Shown here piece by piece: positions 40,374 through 50,759 of a DNA stretch of 64,000 nucleotides (position 1 is its first letter; every line of letters begins with the position of its first letter). This DNA is from Bythopirellula sp. (lineage in GTDB: Bacteria > Planctomycetota > Planctomycetia > Pirellulales > Lacipirellulaceae). A model generated the notes under the pieces. It ran no database searches. It worked only from the letters and a program-made list of their open reading frames with translations, and was not told where the DNA came from. The stretch is taken from contig OZ244170.1 in the NCBI GenBank assembly GCA_965216565.1, positions 96,001 through 160,000 of the forward strand, written 5' to 3'. The position numbers were made by a program, and so were the translations under genes.

Positions 40374-40509
40374 GTTGTGCCTCCTAGGAAGTCTCTGTCC
40401 GTGGTCTGGGATGATGAGAATCAACAACTCTATTAGCTGCCAGACTAATGCTATTGTCCTCGAAAAATACGGTTATTTCAACGATTTTTTCCGGTCACTG
40501 GTTTCTCAG

Positions 40510-40544
40510 CCCCTCACCTAGCCTCTCCCCTCAGGGGAGAGGGA
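40510..40544. repeat. CCCCTC-type REP hairpin
   Basis: CCCCTCACCTAGCCTCTCCCCTCAGGGGAGAGGGA. Confidence 0.7.
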
Positions 40545-40558
40545 CTGGGGGAAAAGAA

Positions 40559-43500
40559 TCACTCGATCCGTCTCTTGAGCCGGATTGCTCGTTCCACGTT
40601 GTGATCACTACCGGGCTCGAAGGCGACGGGCACCGAACGATCGACGATGGCAAACATCCGCAGCCGCTGCGGTTGCCCGGCGTCGGCTTCTGTCTCGCGA
40701 CCGTATTGGTAACCTTCGGGATAGACGCGGTCGTATAGATCTTTGGTGGCTATTGCTGTCGGATTGAGGTTGTTAATACTGGCAAACCCAGGATCTCCGT
40801 TAGAGTAATCCTGGATGGGAGGAGCAGGTTCGACTTCAAAGAAACCGATGGTGATCCACACCGCGTACACATTCGAGTGCGTGGTGCCGAAACTGCTTAG
40901 ACGTTTCAAAGGATCGTAACGAAAGGCAGAGTTTCGGAACGAGTTAATGTGTGGCTCCGTCTCGCCTGCTGAAAGTAGCGGGACACCAACAGGCTGTACT
41001 ACGGGAACTGTACTGTTGTTGTTAAACGATGGTATGTTGTTATTGGGCATGCCCATGCTACGCAGCAAAGTAGTTTCTATATTTTCACGCACTAGCGTAA
41101 AAGTTGTCTGTGGTGGTACAAGGGACGGAACCAAGTCCCCAGTATCTGGAGCTCTAAACGGATTTGCCACTAATGTCGGGCTGTTCGAGTTGAGCAGCGC
41201 GACATCGTCTCCAAATTCACCATAGCCACGTCTCACAGAGAAGAAACCATCATCATCGATCGCAACATGTCTTTCGGGATGATTCGGATCACCATCGTAC
41301 TTTGAACTTCCGTGGAACATGGCGTGCCAGACGGCCCCTCGACCAGCAGCACCAATAGTATTTAAATTCACACGACCTGGATCACGATAGTTAGAGATTC
41401 GATTGAAGGGTGGTTGTCTTAGATAGCGAGGGTCGTCACTTGAGACCACAGGATCCCCAAAACTGGCCGGGCTAAGCCATTTTTCGGTACCGACATAACG
41501 GCTTGGTACACCAACATACTCAAGCACCCGGTGAAGCCCAACAATCGTTTCAGCTGCGGTCGTTACTGTATTGTTAGGATCTGCATCGCGAAAGAAATTC
41601 ATCAAATGTGGAAAGACCCCATCGATTACAAAATTTTCGCCCTGGCTGTCCTGAACAACTACCGGATCACCCTGATAGGCCTCGTTCAGAGTTGTAAGTG
41701 GCAAGAACGCAAATGCACGCGGTAAATCTACCATTGAGAACTTGGGTACTTGTAGTAGTTCAGCAGCGTTGACATACGGACGGTTCTGCCACGCAAACCA
41801 AGGGAGCGGCAACGGCTGTGATGGATTGTTCGGATCTGTTGGAGTGTATTGAACGGCTCCCTGTGTAGGGGCAGAGCCTTTCGCCCTAAACGGCTCATTC
41901 AAGAAACCAAGTGTGGTATCCGGTAGGGCCTCAAACGCATGACCAGTTGTACCCTCATGGCCCCTTGCATCTGGCCCAGAGCGATTAAGTGTGAAGAAAT
42001 CGGTCGGATCCGATGTCCAAATGTTATTTCTGAAGGGTGAAGTTTTGGGATTCCGGTCGGCACCCGTCTCGGATGCGTTGGGATCAAAAATAAAATCACG
42101 CGTGCGACTTCGAATATCTAACAGCGATCTTCTGCCGCGCCGTACTAATTCTGCCATAGCAGTATTGACTCGATCATCTGAGACCAACTTCGTCGGATCA
42201 TTCGCCCTCCCACGTTGATTACTGGCGAATGTCTGAGTGGCATTGTTGTTAGAGACATTAATAAGCTTGTCGCCCAAAATCCACCTCTCTCTACGATCAG
42301 TAGAGAGGCCGTTAAATACCGTGACGTTTACGCCCATCGAGTCAATGGTCAGATAAGGGTTGACCTGTTTGCTGGGGTCGTGGCGCAGATTGTCCGTGCC
42401 GTTGGGCAATTTTGGCTCTGGATTCCATGGCAGCAATGGGTTTGATAAACGTTGTAGGTAAACCCAATTGAAGTTTGGGACAGTTCGTGGCCCCTTATCA
42501 TCTAGCGGTAGTGCCAGTCGTGTCTCTCCATCAGTCAAAGCTGTTTTTCCACGACGACCTCCTGCCAAACCTCCACCGGCACCGGGCAAAGCCCGGGAGA
42601 ACACATCGTCGAGGGGAATGTCTAAGAAGGGCACATACTCGCCACTTTTGCCACGGGCTGGATCGAAGGCACTATTGCTGAAACCCTTGTTAGACTCTAC
42701 GGAGACGCTGCGGGGATAGCCGTTTGCTGGCTCCGTAAACGTGAATCGCCGTGTATTGTAGGGGTAGTCAGTATTGGGCAGCGCTCGATCGATGATGGCC
42801 ACAGAGGTTTGGCCGGCGAAAGCCTGAACGCGGAAATCATCCGCAGGATTACTCCCTGTGCCGTTAGAGTCCATCATAGCAACACCTGAGCTATCACGTA
42901 CCTCAATCGTTGTTGTATTGGGGTTAGTGTTTGGATCTACATTTGTCTTGAGGAAAATCCCTCGTTGCGTGCTTTGGCTGTCGTTCTCTCCGAACGGAAT
43001 AAAAAATTCACCGGAGTTAGGAGTTAGTTCTTGCCCGGTCGTGGCATCTGTATCCACGCCAGCGACTACTAAGTAACTTCCAGGTCGGACGGAAGGCACC
43101 GCATAGGTTTCTGGCGTATTGGCAATCTCTAGATCGTTATAGAAGGCTACTCCATCTGTGTCATCCCATCCCATGGGTCGCGTGCCACTGCCTGGGTCTC
43201 TCCCTGTAAAGTAGATCGTCCGATCCGCAATATTTTCGCCACTGACATTGGTAGGTAGGTAGTCTTCATCCTGAGATTCAGGTTTCTTATCGATCCCACC
43301 ATTTCGGTAGATGACGATTCTCCATAACGGATCGCCCGTATTTGGATCCGGTGTAAGGAGGTTGTCGTCGTGTGTACGTGCGAGATCGATGCCAAGATCT
43401 CTTCCACTTGAGTCCACGGCATGAGTATCAGCATTGGCAGCGGTTTCGGCTGGCCATGGGTTGTAAAGTTCAATGAACGCGGCCCCTTGGGGGCGTTGCT

Positions 43501-46500
43501 GTTGATCAAAACTCTTGTCGAAGGGGCCGCTTCCCGGCGATGGAGCGCGAACAGGAACAGTCCCCTTTTGCGGTGTTCCAGGTGGCTGTTGTTCTTCTGG
43601 CGTTTCTCGAAGATCGACCTCACCTTCGAGTCGACTATCGCGCGTTCGTCGGTCGTGCCAAGCGAGCGTTTCAGTGATCAAGAGTTCTGGCCTTTCAGCC
43701 CCCCAGACCACGCCACGATTATTGGGATCATCAATCGTGTCCAGTGCCCCGTCGAGCACATTATTTGGATCACGTCCCCAACCATCGAAGGGTTTTTCAT
43801 CGTATTCGAACCCAGTCATAATGTTATCTGGATCGCGATAGTCAGCCACATTAATTGCCCATTGCGCGAGTCGCTCAGCGCGCTTCTCCCGTTGCTTTTT
43901 TGTGGCGTTTGACGGGACAGGGTCGACAAGTGTCGACGCCAAAACGTAAAGATGGCGAGCGTATAGCTGACGGCGATAGTTGTGGAGTTCGATCAACTCC
44001 TCTGGCCGCAATCTGCCACTTCTATCGTTGTCGCCACGTTCCCAAAATTCGATGTCTCCATCTCCGTCGCGGTCGACGTCGTCGCGGAATCGGCCATTGT
44101 TGCCTGTGAAATCCGACGTGTTAGCGGCAGCCGATTGAGTATCGAGCCGACCAATATCGAGATCCCAGTAGGGCCGCTCTACTGAATTGCCCGGGTCGGC
44201 TTCCCCTGGCTCGTCGACGACGCCATTGTTGTTGTCATCACGACCGTTGCCAAAGGGGCGATTCAAGTCCAGACGCGTGCCATCGGCGAGTTCTTGTGCT
44301 AGGAGTTGACGCATAATAGGCTGAACATCGTTCGGGTCGACGTTCACCGGAGTGACACTCAGTGCCTGAGCCAGAGCTAGCCGCACACGGTATTCCAACA
44401 AATCGCTGAAGGTGAGGTTTACCTCGCGTCCCATGACGGTGAGGAAATTGTCGTTCGTCGTGGTTCGATCGCCATCGGGGCCCGATTGCATCCACTCCGG
44501 CAGCGTCACATTGGGCACGGGGAGGTCGAAGCTGTCGGTGGTGAGCAGGCCTCGCCACTCTTCTATTTCGGCGGGATCGATGGATGTGGTGTTGGTGGGG
44601 ATAAAGTTGTTAGCCAGTTCCCAGAGACGCTGGGGCAGTTTGCTAGCGTCTTCGTCGTAGGCACGCAGGATGCGTTCCAACTCGCCGACGGTGAAGGGCC
44701 CATCCTGAGAATTCATGCCGGCTGCAGACGGACCGAGTCGTGACAGGTTGAGTTCGTAGGGCGAATCGATGTCGAGATCGACGGGATCGGCAATCACTTC
44801 GTAAACCGGTTGCCCCAGGTCATTGAGCCCAAGTGCGTAGCGACCCATGAGATCGGGCGGCGTGGCGTAGTTACCAAGATAGTGATTCGGATCGTTGGAG
44901 GTCGCAGCAACTCGCCGAGGCAAACCTTGCTGTTTAAGTTGAGCGAGCAAGTCGTAGGAAGATGCAGGGCCTCGAGTAGGAGCTCCCCTGCCAGGCAGAA
45001 TATCTATTCCTGATTGCCCATACCTACCAGACCACGGGCGAGTGAACGGATCGCGACGCTCGTCCAAATTCGTAGTCGTCACTCCATGTAGAACTCTAGT
45101 GTAGAGATTCTCGGGATTACCGGTGCTTGCATTAAAGATGGAGGTATTGAGCGGACCTTGTAGTACAGGCCAGAGGTCGATCTCTGCCGGGCCGTAGCCT
45201 TGGCCACTGGGAAGATTCGCACTCGATACGCCGTTGGCCATTGTTTGTGCGGTGGGGTTGCCGTCGAGGGGATTGCTGTTGGGCCCAGCCAACTCGCGTG
45301 TGCCATGCGCATTCAGATTCAGCCGACCATCGAGATCGACACATAGGATAGCGGCAAGTGGTTTAACGAGTCGGCCCTGGGGGCTCATCATCACGGGCAA
45401 GCCGACGTCGACCCAAACGCTATCGCGACGGCTGTCGTTGTCGTTGTCGACATCCCACGGGCCGTAGATCATTTGATTGACAAGGGTGTTTTGTGCCCTG
45501 GCGTTTGTGGGATTGTCTACGAAGTCCTGTAGCCGTGCCGCGAATTCGGGATTACTGCCGTCAAATTGTTGATGGTCGTACCAACTAGGTCGCATTAATA
45601 CCTTGCGGAGCAGGCCAGGCTCGTTGCGGAGAGAGCCATTCGCTTTCCAATAGTTGATGAGGGCCGGGCGATGGAACGAGGGGATGACCATGTTATCGAG
45701 AGAGTCGCTCGAATAGGCGACCGTTTCGATCGGGTTTACCGGTGACCAGGCGAGAGCCATGTTTTGGAAATCAACCGCGTCGTAAGATTCGTCGCTACCT
45801 CCGAGGCCTGTGAGACCACGGTTCGAAGTCAGGAAGTTGCGAGTGGCCAGTGGTAGATTTCTCTCCCCGGCTTGCAGGATGTAATTGATCGGGTTACGTG
45901 GAAACGCGATGCTGTTGGGATCGAAGTAGACCGAGTTGGGCATGAGTGCCACTTCGCGGTTTGTAAGTCCGCCCGCCGTATCGGGAACCTCTTCGAGTGC
46001 GTTTAGCTGCGGAGCGTTGACACCTGGGCTGAAGTTGTAACCGACACCGGTACCGTTAAACGGTTGGCCGTTGAGGACGGCGGAGGTGTTGGGCTGGATG
46101 GCGAGTTCGTTCGTGGAGAAATTGCGATCGGAGTCGGCGAACATCAAGTAGAAAAGGGCCTGACGAATGGAGTTGTTAACAAAATAGCGTACCACACGTG
46201 CTGAGCGGCCCGCGGCAGGACCATTGACCAAGGTGAACAGCCGGCCGTTGTAGTAGTCTTCCTGCAGGCTGAGGAAGCCATCATTCGGGTCGAATCTCAC
46301 GATTGCCGAGAAGAACTGGTTGCCGGTTCGGTTGGCTATATCGTTGGGGTCGAAAACATTTCCAGAATTGGCAAACGTAAAGGTGAATGCACTTCGGTCT
46401 ACGAATTGCAATCGATGTGGCGAATTCGGGCCGATTAACAACCCATCGCTGCCGTAGAGGTCGCGGAGCAAACTGTGGTAGCGGAGCGACGAGTGGGGGT

Positions 46501-46780
46501 TGTTGGTGTCGCGGACTAGTTGGCCGAGGGTTTCGTCGAGCAGGTCGCGGTGTTGGAGCGGATTGACGGCAGGTTCGTAGGGTGCGGCGAGAGTTTTCGA
46601 GGCTTTGCGATAGTCGTCGCTTGAGGTGATGAACGCCGTTCCCACGAGGAGGAACAACACGAGCAGGCTGAGTACCACCAGCAGCAGAATCCCGCGGCGG
46701 CGGGTCTGGCGATTGGCAGACTGCGCGCGGAGGGAATACTTGGCGCGTTTGCGTCGGTTGTTCTTTTTTGATTTCCGCAT
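40559..46780 (-). CDS. Giant PilX/GspK-like protein (2073 aa)
   Basis: Basic leader then RRG|ILLLVVLSLL class III-like signal lacking Glu5; DxDxDG motifs; GGAG RBS before ATG at 46780. Confidence 0.8.
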   Translation of the reverse strand: MRKSKKNNRRKRAKYSLRAQSANRQTRRRGILLLVVLSLLVLFLLVGTAFITSSDDYRKASKTLAAPYEPAVNPLQHRDLLDETLGQLVRDTNNPHSSLRYHSLLRDLYGSDGLLIGPNSPHRLQFVDRSAFTFTFANSGNVFDPNDIANRTGNQFFSAIVRFDPNDGFLSLQEDYYNGRLFTLVNGPAAGRSARVVRYFVNNSIRQALFYLMFADSDRNFSTNELAIQPNTSAVLNGQPFNGTGVGYNFSPGVNAPQLNALEEVPDTAGGLTNREVALMPNSVYFDPNSIAFPRNPINYILQAGERNLPLATRNFLTSNRGLTGLGGSDESYDAVDFQNMALAWSPVNPIETVAYSSDSLDNMVIPSFHRPALINYWKANGSLRNEPGLLRKVLMRPSWYDHQQFDGSNPEFAARLQDFVDNPTNARAQNTLVNQMIYGPWDVDNDNDSRRDSVWVDVGLPVMMSPQGRLVKPLAAILCVDLDGRLNLNAHGTRELAGPNSNPLDGNPTAQTMANGVSSANLPSGQGYGPAEIDLWPVLQGPLNTSIFNASTGNPENLYTRVLHGVTTTNLDERRDPFTRPWSGRYGQSGIDILPGRGAPTRGPASSYDLLAQLKQQGLPRRVAATSNDPNHYLGNYATPPDLMGRYALGLNDLGQPVYEVIADPVDLDIDSPYELNLSRLGPSAAGMNSQDGPFTVGELERILRAYDEDASKLPQRLWELANNFIPTNTTSIDPAEIEEWRGLLTTDSFDLPVPNVTLPEWMQSGPDGDRTTTNDNFLTVMGREVNLTFSDLLEYRVRLALAQALSVTPVNVDPNDVQPIMRQLLAQELADGTRLDLNRPFGNGRDDNNNGVVDEPGEADPGNSVERPYWDLDIGRLDTQSAAANTSDFTGNNGRFRDDVDRDGDGDIEFWERGDNDRSGRLRPEELIELHNYRRQLYARHLYVLASTLVDPVPSNATKKQREKRAERLAQWAINVADYRDPDNIMTGFEYDEKPFDGWGRDPNNVLDGALDTIDDPNNRGVVWGAERPELLITETLAWHDRRTRDSRLEGEVDLRETPEEQQPPGTPQKGTVPVRAPSPGSGPFDKSFDQQQRPQGAAFIELYNPWPAETAANADTHAVDSSGRDLGIDLARTHDDNLLTPDPNTGDPLWRIVIYRNGGIDKKPESQDEDYLPTNVSGENIADRTIYFTGRDPGSGTRPMGWDDTDGVAFYNDLEIANTPETYAVPSVRPGSYLVVAGVDTDATTGQELTPNSGEFFIPFGENDSQSTQRGIFLKTNVDPNTNPNTTTIEVRDSSGVAMMDSNGTGSNPADDFRVQAFAGQTSVAIIDRALPNTDYPYNTRRFTFTEPANGYPRSVSVESNKGFSNSAFDPARGKSGEYVPFLDIPLDDVFSRALPGAGGGLAGGRRGKTALTDGETRLALPLDDKGPRTVPNFNWVYLQRLSNPLLPWNPEPKLPNGTDNLRHDPSKQVNPYLTIDSMGVNVTVFNGLSTDRRERWILGDKLINVSNNNATQTFASNQRGRANDPTKLVSDDRVNTAMAELVRRGRRSLLDIRSRTRDFIFDPNASETGADRNPKTSPFRNNIWTSDPTDFFTLNRSGPDARGHEGTTGHAFEALPDTTLGFLNEPFRAKGSAPTQGAVQYTPTDPNNPSQPLPLPWFAWQNRPYVNAAELLQVPKFSMVDLPRAFAFLPLTTLNEAYQGDPVVVQDSQGENFVIDGVFPHLMNFFRDADPNNTVTTAAETIVGLHRVLEYVGVPSRYVGTEKWLSPASFGDPVVSSDDPRYLRQPPFNRISNYRDPGRVNLNTIGAAGRGAVWHAMFHGSSKYDGDPNHPERHVAIDDDGFFSVRRGYGEFGDDVALLNSNSPTLVANPFRAPDTGDLVPSLVPPQTTFTLVRENIETTLLRSMGMPNNNIPSFNNNSTVPVVQPVGVPLLSAGETEPHINSFRNSAFRYDPLKRLSSFGTTHSNVYAVWITIGFFEVEPAPPIQDYSNGDPGFASINNLNPTAIATKDLYDRVYPEGYQYGRETEADAGQPQRLRMFAIVDRSVPVAFEPGSDHNVERAIRLKRRIE

Positions 46781-46809
46781 GCCACTCTCCAATTTCCTAC
46801 GTCTTCAAC

Positions 46810-48120
46810 TCAGTCCCAAAGTGTTCCCGTCTGAAGGACCATCTCGCGTGTGACGGCACTGGCAACGCCAGGGAAGATCGCCACCCGCAGTCTGCCGGCA
46901 AAGCCTGCATTAGGGCCGGTAGTCGGTATCGGCCAGTCGGGGCCCAAGAGCATTGCGCGACGTTGGGGAAACGAACCAGATTGCGAATCGAGGCCATCTT
47001 CGTACGCTTCTTCATCCAGGGCCAGCAGCCGATACCATTTCAGCAGAAACACCCCGGTGGTTTCGTTGATTCCCATCACGCAGACCCAGTCTCCCGACTT
47101 CACGTCTTCGAACTTGTCATCGACGTCAGTAGTCGTGGCAGTTCCTGTGCCGTACATCACCAGTTCGCCGCCGGGGAGCATCTCGGCGTCGATTTGCCGC
47201 TCGGTCTCGGGCTGCGGGGCATCTACTCTCTTGTAAAACACCACGACCGAAACTTCGTACGGGTGGTGTTCGCGAACGGCGGGTTGCAGTGCCTCGCGGC
47301 CGTCCAGCGTCAGCGGCACCACCGTTGCTAACCAAGAAAAATTGCCTTGGTACTGTCGCGTCAGCAACTGTGTGCCATTGGTGTTCCATCGCAGGATGCC
47401 GGGGTAGTCATCGCGCTCGGGGAGTTCAACTGCCAGGTCGTCGCGCAAGCGGAAGATGGTCTCGGCTACGGGGGACGTCATTTGCTGATACGGGCTGCCA
47501 TTCGGATCAGGGATCCGCAGCGTCACTCGTCGCGCGGGCCAGCGGCCGCCGTCGATTTGCGTGATAGGAATTGTTCTATCGAACCCAACCCATAGTCGGT
47601 TGTCCGCATTGATCATCCCGACTTTGCTGTACTGGGGCCACGCATCGAGGTTAGTCCTGTTACCCAGTTCCCAGGCACTAGCGCTCGACATCGGGTCGAT
47701 GACAAACGCGTGACCAGGCCCGGGTAGCCGAGGGTTATTTCGTGGAGGTAATGGTATGTTGAACGTACCCGAATTGGGGTCGATCACGTCTTCCGTACCC
47801 GTACCCGGAGTTGAAAGTCCCCGTGCAGAGACTCCCGCATAAACCCAAGCCTCAGGGTTCAGCATGCCGCGGGCGCGGATTTCTTCGAAGGCGTTTGCAG
47901 CCAGGGTGTTGCCGCGGTCGAACTTTTCGCCCTGCACCACGTAATGGTTGCCAACAGGAAAAATGGCCGCCACGCCCATCAGCCCGAAGAGCAGAATGAA
48001 CATCGAAATCAGCACTTCCATCAGGGAGATACCACGGCGTCGCGCGCAGGTCGAGCCGCGATGTCTTGGCAGGCAAGACTTCGTGATGCTCGACTCTAGT
48101 GGACAACCAAACTTAATCAA
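46810..48120 (-). CDS. Prepilin-type protein (PilV-like N-terminus)
   Basis: RRG|ISLMEVLISMFILLFGLMGVAAIFP. Confidence 0.85.
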   Translation of the reverse strand: MIKFGCPLESSITKSCLPRHRGSTCARRRGISLMEVLISMFILLFGLMGVAAIFPVGNHYVVQGEKFDRGNTLAANAFEEIRARGMLNPEAWVYAGVSARGLSTPGTGTEDVIDPNSGTFNIPLPPRNNPRLPGPGHAFVIDPMSSASAWELGNRTNLDAWPQYSKVGMINADNRLWVGFDRTIPITQIDGGRWPARRVTLRIPDPNGSPYQQMTSPVAETIFRLRDDLAVELPERDDYPGILRWNTNGTQLLTRQYQGNFSWLATVVPLTLDGREALQPAVREHHPYEVSVVVFYKRVDAPQPETERQIDAEMLPGGELVMYGTGTATTTDVDDKFEDVKSGDWVCVMGINETTGVFLLKWYRLLALDEEAYEDGLDSQSGSFPQRRAMLLGPDWPIPTTGPNAGFAGRLRVAIFPGVASAVTREMVLQTGTLWD

Positions 48121-48168
48121 AGAGTTCCCCCTCGTGCTGGATAATTTCGTTTCCTCGTCGTTACAGCA

Positions 48169-49512
48169 TTACTGTGTAGACTTAGCACCGGCTGCAGCAA
48201 TATTGTCGCCACCTCGCCGCGCGTCCATGATTTGTTGAAAAGCAAACTGTGTATTGGAACGCCGCGCTTTCGCAAAGCGGTCGGCGCGTGGATCAACCGC
48301 CGGGTTGTCGACTAGGCTAGTCTTGCCATTACGGCCATCGACCACCATCCAGCGGCTATCAAGATTGAGCCAACTCACCTCTTCTCGTACCTCGGACAGT
48401 CGCTCATCACTGTCATTGTCGTCTAAATTCCAGGTGTCCGCGATTTGCTGATTATCGTTGTAATTGATGATAGGCGTGCCCCCCAATTCAATTTGAGTAA
48501 GTAGCAGCACAAACCGGCTCGCGTCGGTAATTCGTTGCATGCGATCGCCGAAGGCACTCACGTTTTGATATTCATCTTCGCCAACTCGCTGGCCGTTGTA
48601 GTAAATGCTGTCGATGCCGCCGCTAGGGGAGAACATCAGGCTGAGCTGCTTGAGGTTGTCACCGTAGTTCGCAGCCAACAGGGTGGGGAACGCACCGCCT
48701 TCGGTTCCCGAGGCGTGCATGTCGATGGCCACGCCTTTGGGTAGCACGAAAGGAGCCTCACTGGTGGGCACCGGCTGGCGAGCAATACCGTAGTTGCGAG
48801 GATAAGAGCGATAGGACTTTTCGCCAGAATTTCCTACTTTGAAATCTTTGAGATTGACGGGAACAGTCGGTGGTGCAGGACCAGAAACCAGAGCTGCACT
48901 CCAAAATCTGTTTGTGGGCTCAAAAAAGCTCCCTTCAGGCGTGGTCTCTATCCTGTTCTTACCTCGCTCTAACTTAAAACGCGAGTTTCCTATCTTGATG
49001 ATATCACCTAAACGTACCATACGTGGGGGGATCACAGGCCCTTGTTCATTCTGAAAGTCGGTCCCAAACCCTGTGCCAAATTGGATGATGTATTTGTAGG
49101 TATCGTCGGTGGTATCAGGGTCCCAAAACTTAGCAGTGCTATTAGAACTAAATCCCGTAAACGGCCGAGGATTTTCGACCTGGAACACTTCCAGTGCGAT
49201 GCCACTATCTAAGCTTGATTCGCGGAACGCGATGCCAACCGGCCGACCCGTACGGGCAGCACGTGTTTGAGCTCGTTGGAAGTAGGTTTTCAAACCGCGC
49301 GAAGCAGATTCGATTTTGCGAGCTTCGTTATTGGGTGAAAGCAGGGGAAGCACACCACCAACGAGCGTTACCAAAATAACGATCACTACGAGCAGCTCGA
49401 CCAGCGTGAGGCCTGCCGTATGTTGCGTGAAGAAGCCCGCCGTGCGTTGCGTGGCAACGCGGCTAATGTTCTGCTTTCCGCTTTCCGTTTTCCGCTCTTG
49501 AAAGTTCTTCAT
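48169..49512 (-). CDS. Prepilin-type protein (FimT/GspH-like N-terminus)
   Basis: AG|LTLVELLVVIVIL; RAQTRAARTGRPVGI. Confidence 0.85.
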   Translation of the reverse strand: MKNFQERKTESGKQNISRVATQRTAGFFTQHTAGLTLVELLVVIVILVTLVGGVLPLLSPNNEARKIESASRGLKTYFQRAQTRAARTGRPVGIAFRESSLDSGIALEVFQVENPRPFTGFSSNSTAKFWDPDTTDDTYKYIIQFGTGFGTDFQNEQGPVIPPRMVRLGDIIKIGNSRFKLERGKNRIETTPEGSFFEPTNRFWSAALVSGPAPPTVPVNLKDFKVGNSGEKSYRSYPRNYGIARQPVPTSEAPFVLPKGVAIDMHASGTEGGAFPTLLAANYGDNLKQLSLMFSPSGGIDSIYYNGQRVGEDEYQNVSAFGDRMQRITDASRFVLLLTQIELGGTPIINYNDNQQIADTWNLDDNDSDERLSEVREEVSWLNLDSRWMVVDGRNGKTSLVDNPAVDPRADRFAKARRSNTQFAFQQIMDARRGGDNIAAAGAKSTQ

Positions 49513-49597
49513 CTCTACACCGTTCTCTTTCTCTTTCGCCCCTCTTGTTGCCCGCGACTCTGTTGAACCGGAGCAGGAAGTCTCGTCTGTGTTGTGG

Positions 49598-49620
49598 TCC
49601 CCTGGCAGAGCCAGGGGCTA
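49598..49620. repeat. Short REP-like hairpin
   Basis: CCCCTGGC-AGA-GCCAGGGG followed by CTA, directly after a stop codon. Confidence 0.55.
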
Positions 49621-49622
49621 TT

Positions 49623-50759
49623 TTAGCCGCCGTCTTGTACGTGGTTGTGGATGTTGTCTAGGAAGTTGTCACCGTCATCCGATGGGTCAATTTCTGGGTT
49701 ACCACCTGAGGTCAACGGTGCAGCCATGAGTGTTGTAATTCCATTCGATGTATATTTACTGTAGGGATCTCCAATAACCGATAGTTTTGCAGTAAATAAA
49801 TCTGGATCACCATCCGGCCCCCCTGAATAGATTAGTGGCACTAGGCGGAAGGCAGGGTCGACGTTTTCAAGTTGTTTGATCCAATTGGTCAAATAGGTCG
49901 GGTAAGATGATGAAGATGGACGATGAGCATTTGGATCGTCTCGGTGAAACGGATCGTAAGGATCATGATCGACGCTGGCGTCACCACTCATTAATTCTGA
50001 CCTGGAAACGAATCCGGCTGGCCAACGAACGAAATGGATAGGTCTCCCCCAGCCGTCAAGAAATTCAGGAGCTCCATCATCATCGGTATCGCCAATGTCT
50101 TGGCGACTAAATAAGGTACGTGCCTCGCCGTCGCCGGTGTAAAGCATGATAATCATGTATAGGCATTCAGCGCTTTGATTGTCCGCAATGCTCTTTTCCG
50201 TGGCCGATGGCTTGAGTCGTTGATACTTTCGATAGTAGATGTTGGAAATCGTTGGGCGGTTGTCCAAAAATGCAAGGTTTGGAAGGGCACTTATTGGTGT
50301 TGTGGGAGGAACATTGTCCACCGTGTCACCGATGATATCACTCCACCGATCGGGTAGTTCCAGCTTTATCAATTCACGAAGAGCCAATAATCGAGCATCG
50401 GCCATCGCTTGGCCACGAAGTGTCGGATCGGGAAATGAACTACGGATATCGTTTTCTATGATCGGGTTCACGTCGGCACGCCGCGTTGTATATTCGTCCC
50501 AGCGTTCCATCAACAGCGTGTGAATTTTGGCAATCGTCGTCTTAGTGCGAGCGCGGCGGGCCGATTCCATGGCGGAGTTGGAAACGCCCAGGAACAATGC
50601 GGCAAGCGTCGCCAGGATGGTGATGGAGACCAACAATTCGACCAGCGTAAGGCCGCGAGCGTCGAGTTTCGAGCGTCGGGTTACGAGTTTACCCAGGCGC
50701 AACGGCAGCGCCTCGGTTTCTCGCAACTCATAGCTCTTTGCTCGTAGCTCCAACATCAT
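49623..50759 (-). CDS. Prepilin-type protein with GspG-like C-terminal motifs
   Basis: RG|LTLVELLVSITIL; DGWGRPI; IYSGGPDG; ATGA overlap with upstream gene. Confidence 0.88.
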   Translation of the reverse strand: MMLELRAKSYELRETEALPLRLGKLVTRRSKLDARGLTLVELLVSITILATLAALFLGVSNSAMESARRARTKTTIAKIHTLLMERWDEYTTRRADVNPIIENDIRSSFPDPTLRGQAMADARLLALRELIKLELPDRWSDIIGDTVDNVPPTTPISALPNLAFLDNRPTISNIYYRKYQRLKPSATEKSIADNQSAECLYMIIMLYTGDGEARTLFSRQDIGDTDDDGAPEFLDGWGRPIHFVRWPAGFVSRSELMSGDASVDHDPYDPFHRDDPNAHRPSSSSYPTYLTNWIKQLENVDPAFRLVPLIYSGGPDGDPDLFTAKLSVIGDPYSKYTSNGITTLMAAPLTSGGNPEIDPSDDGDNFLDNIHNHVQDGG

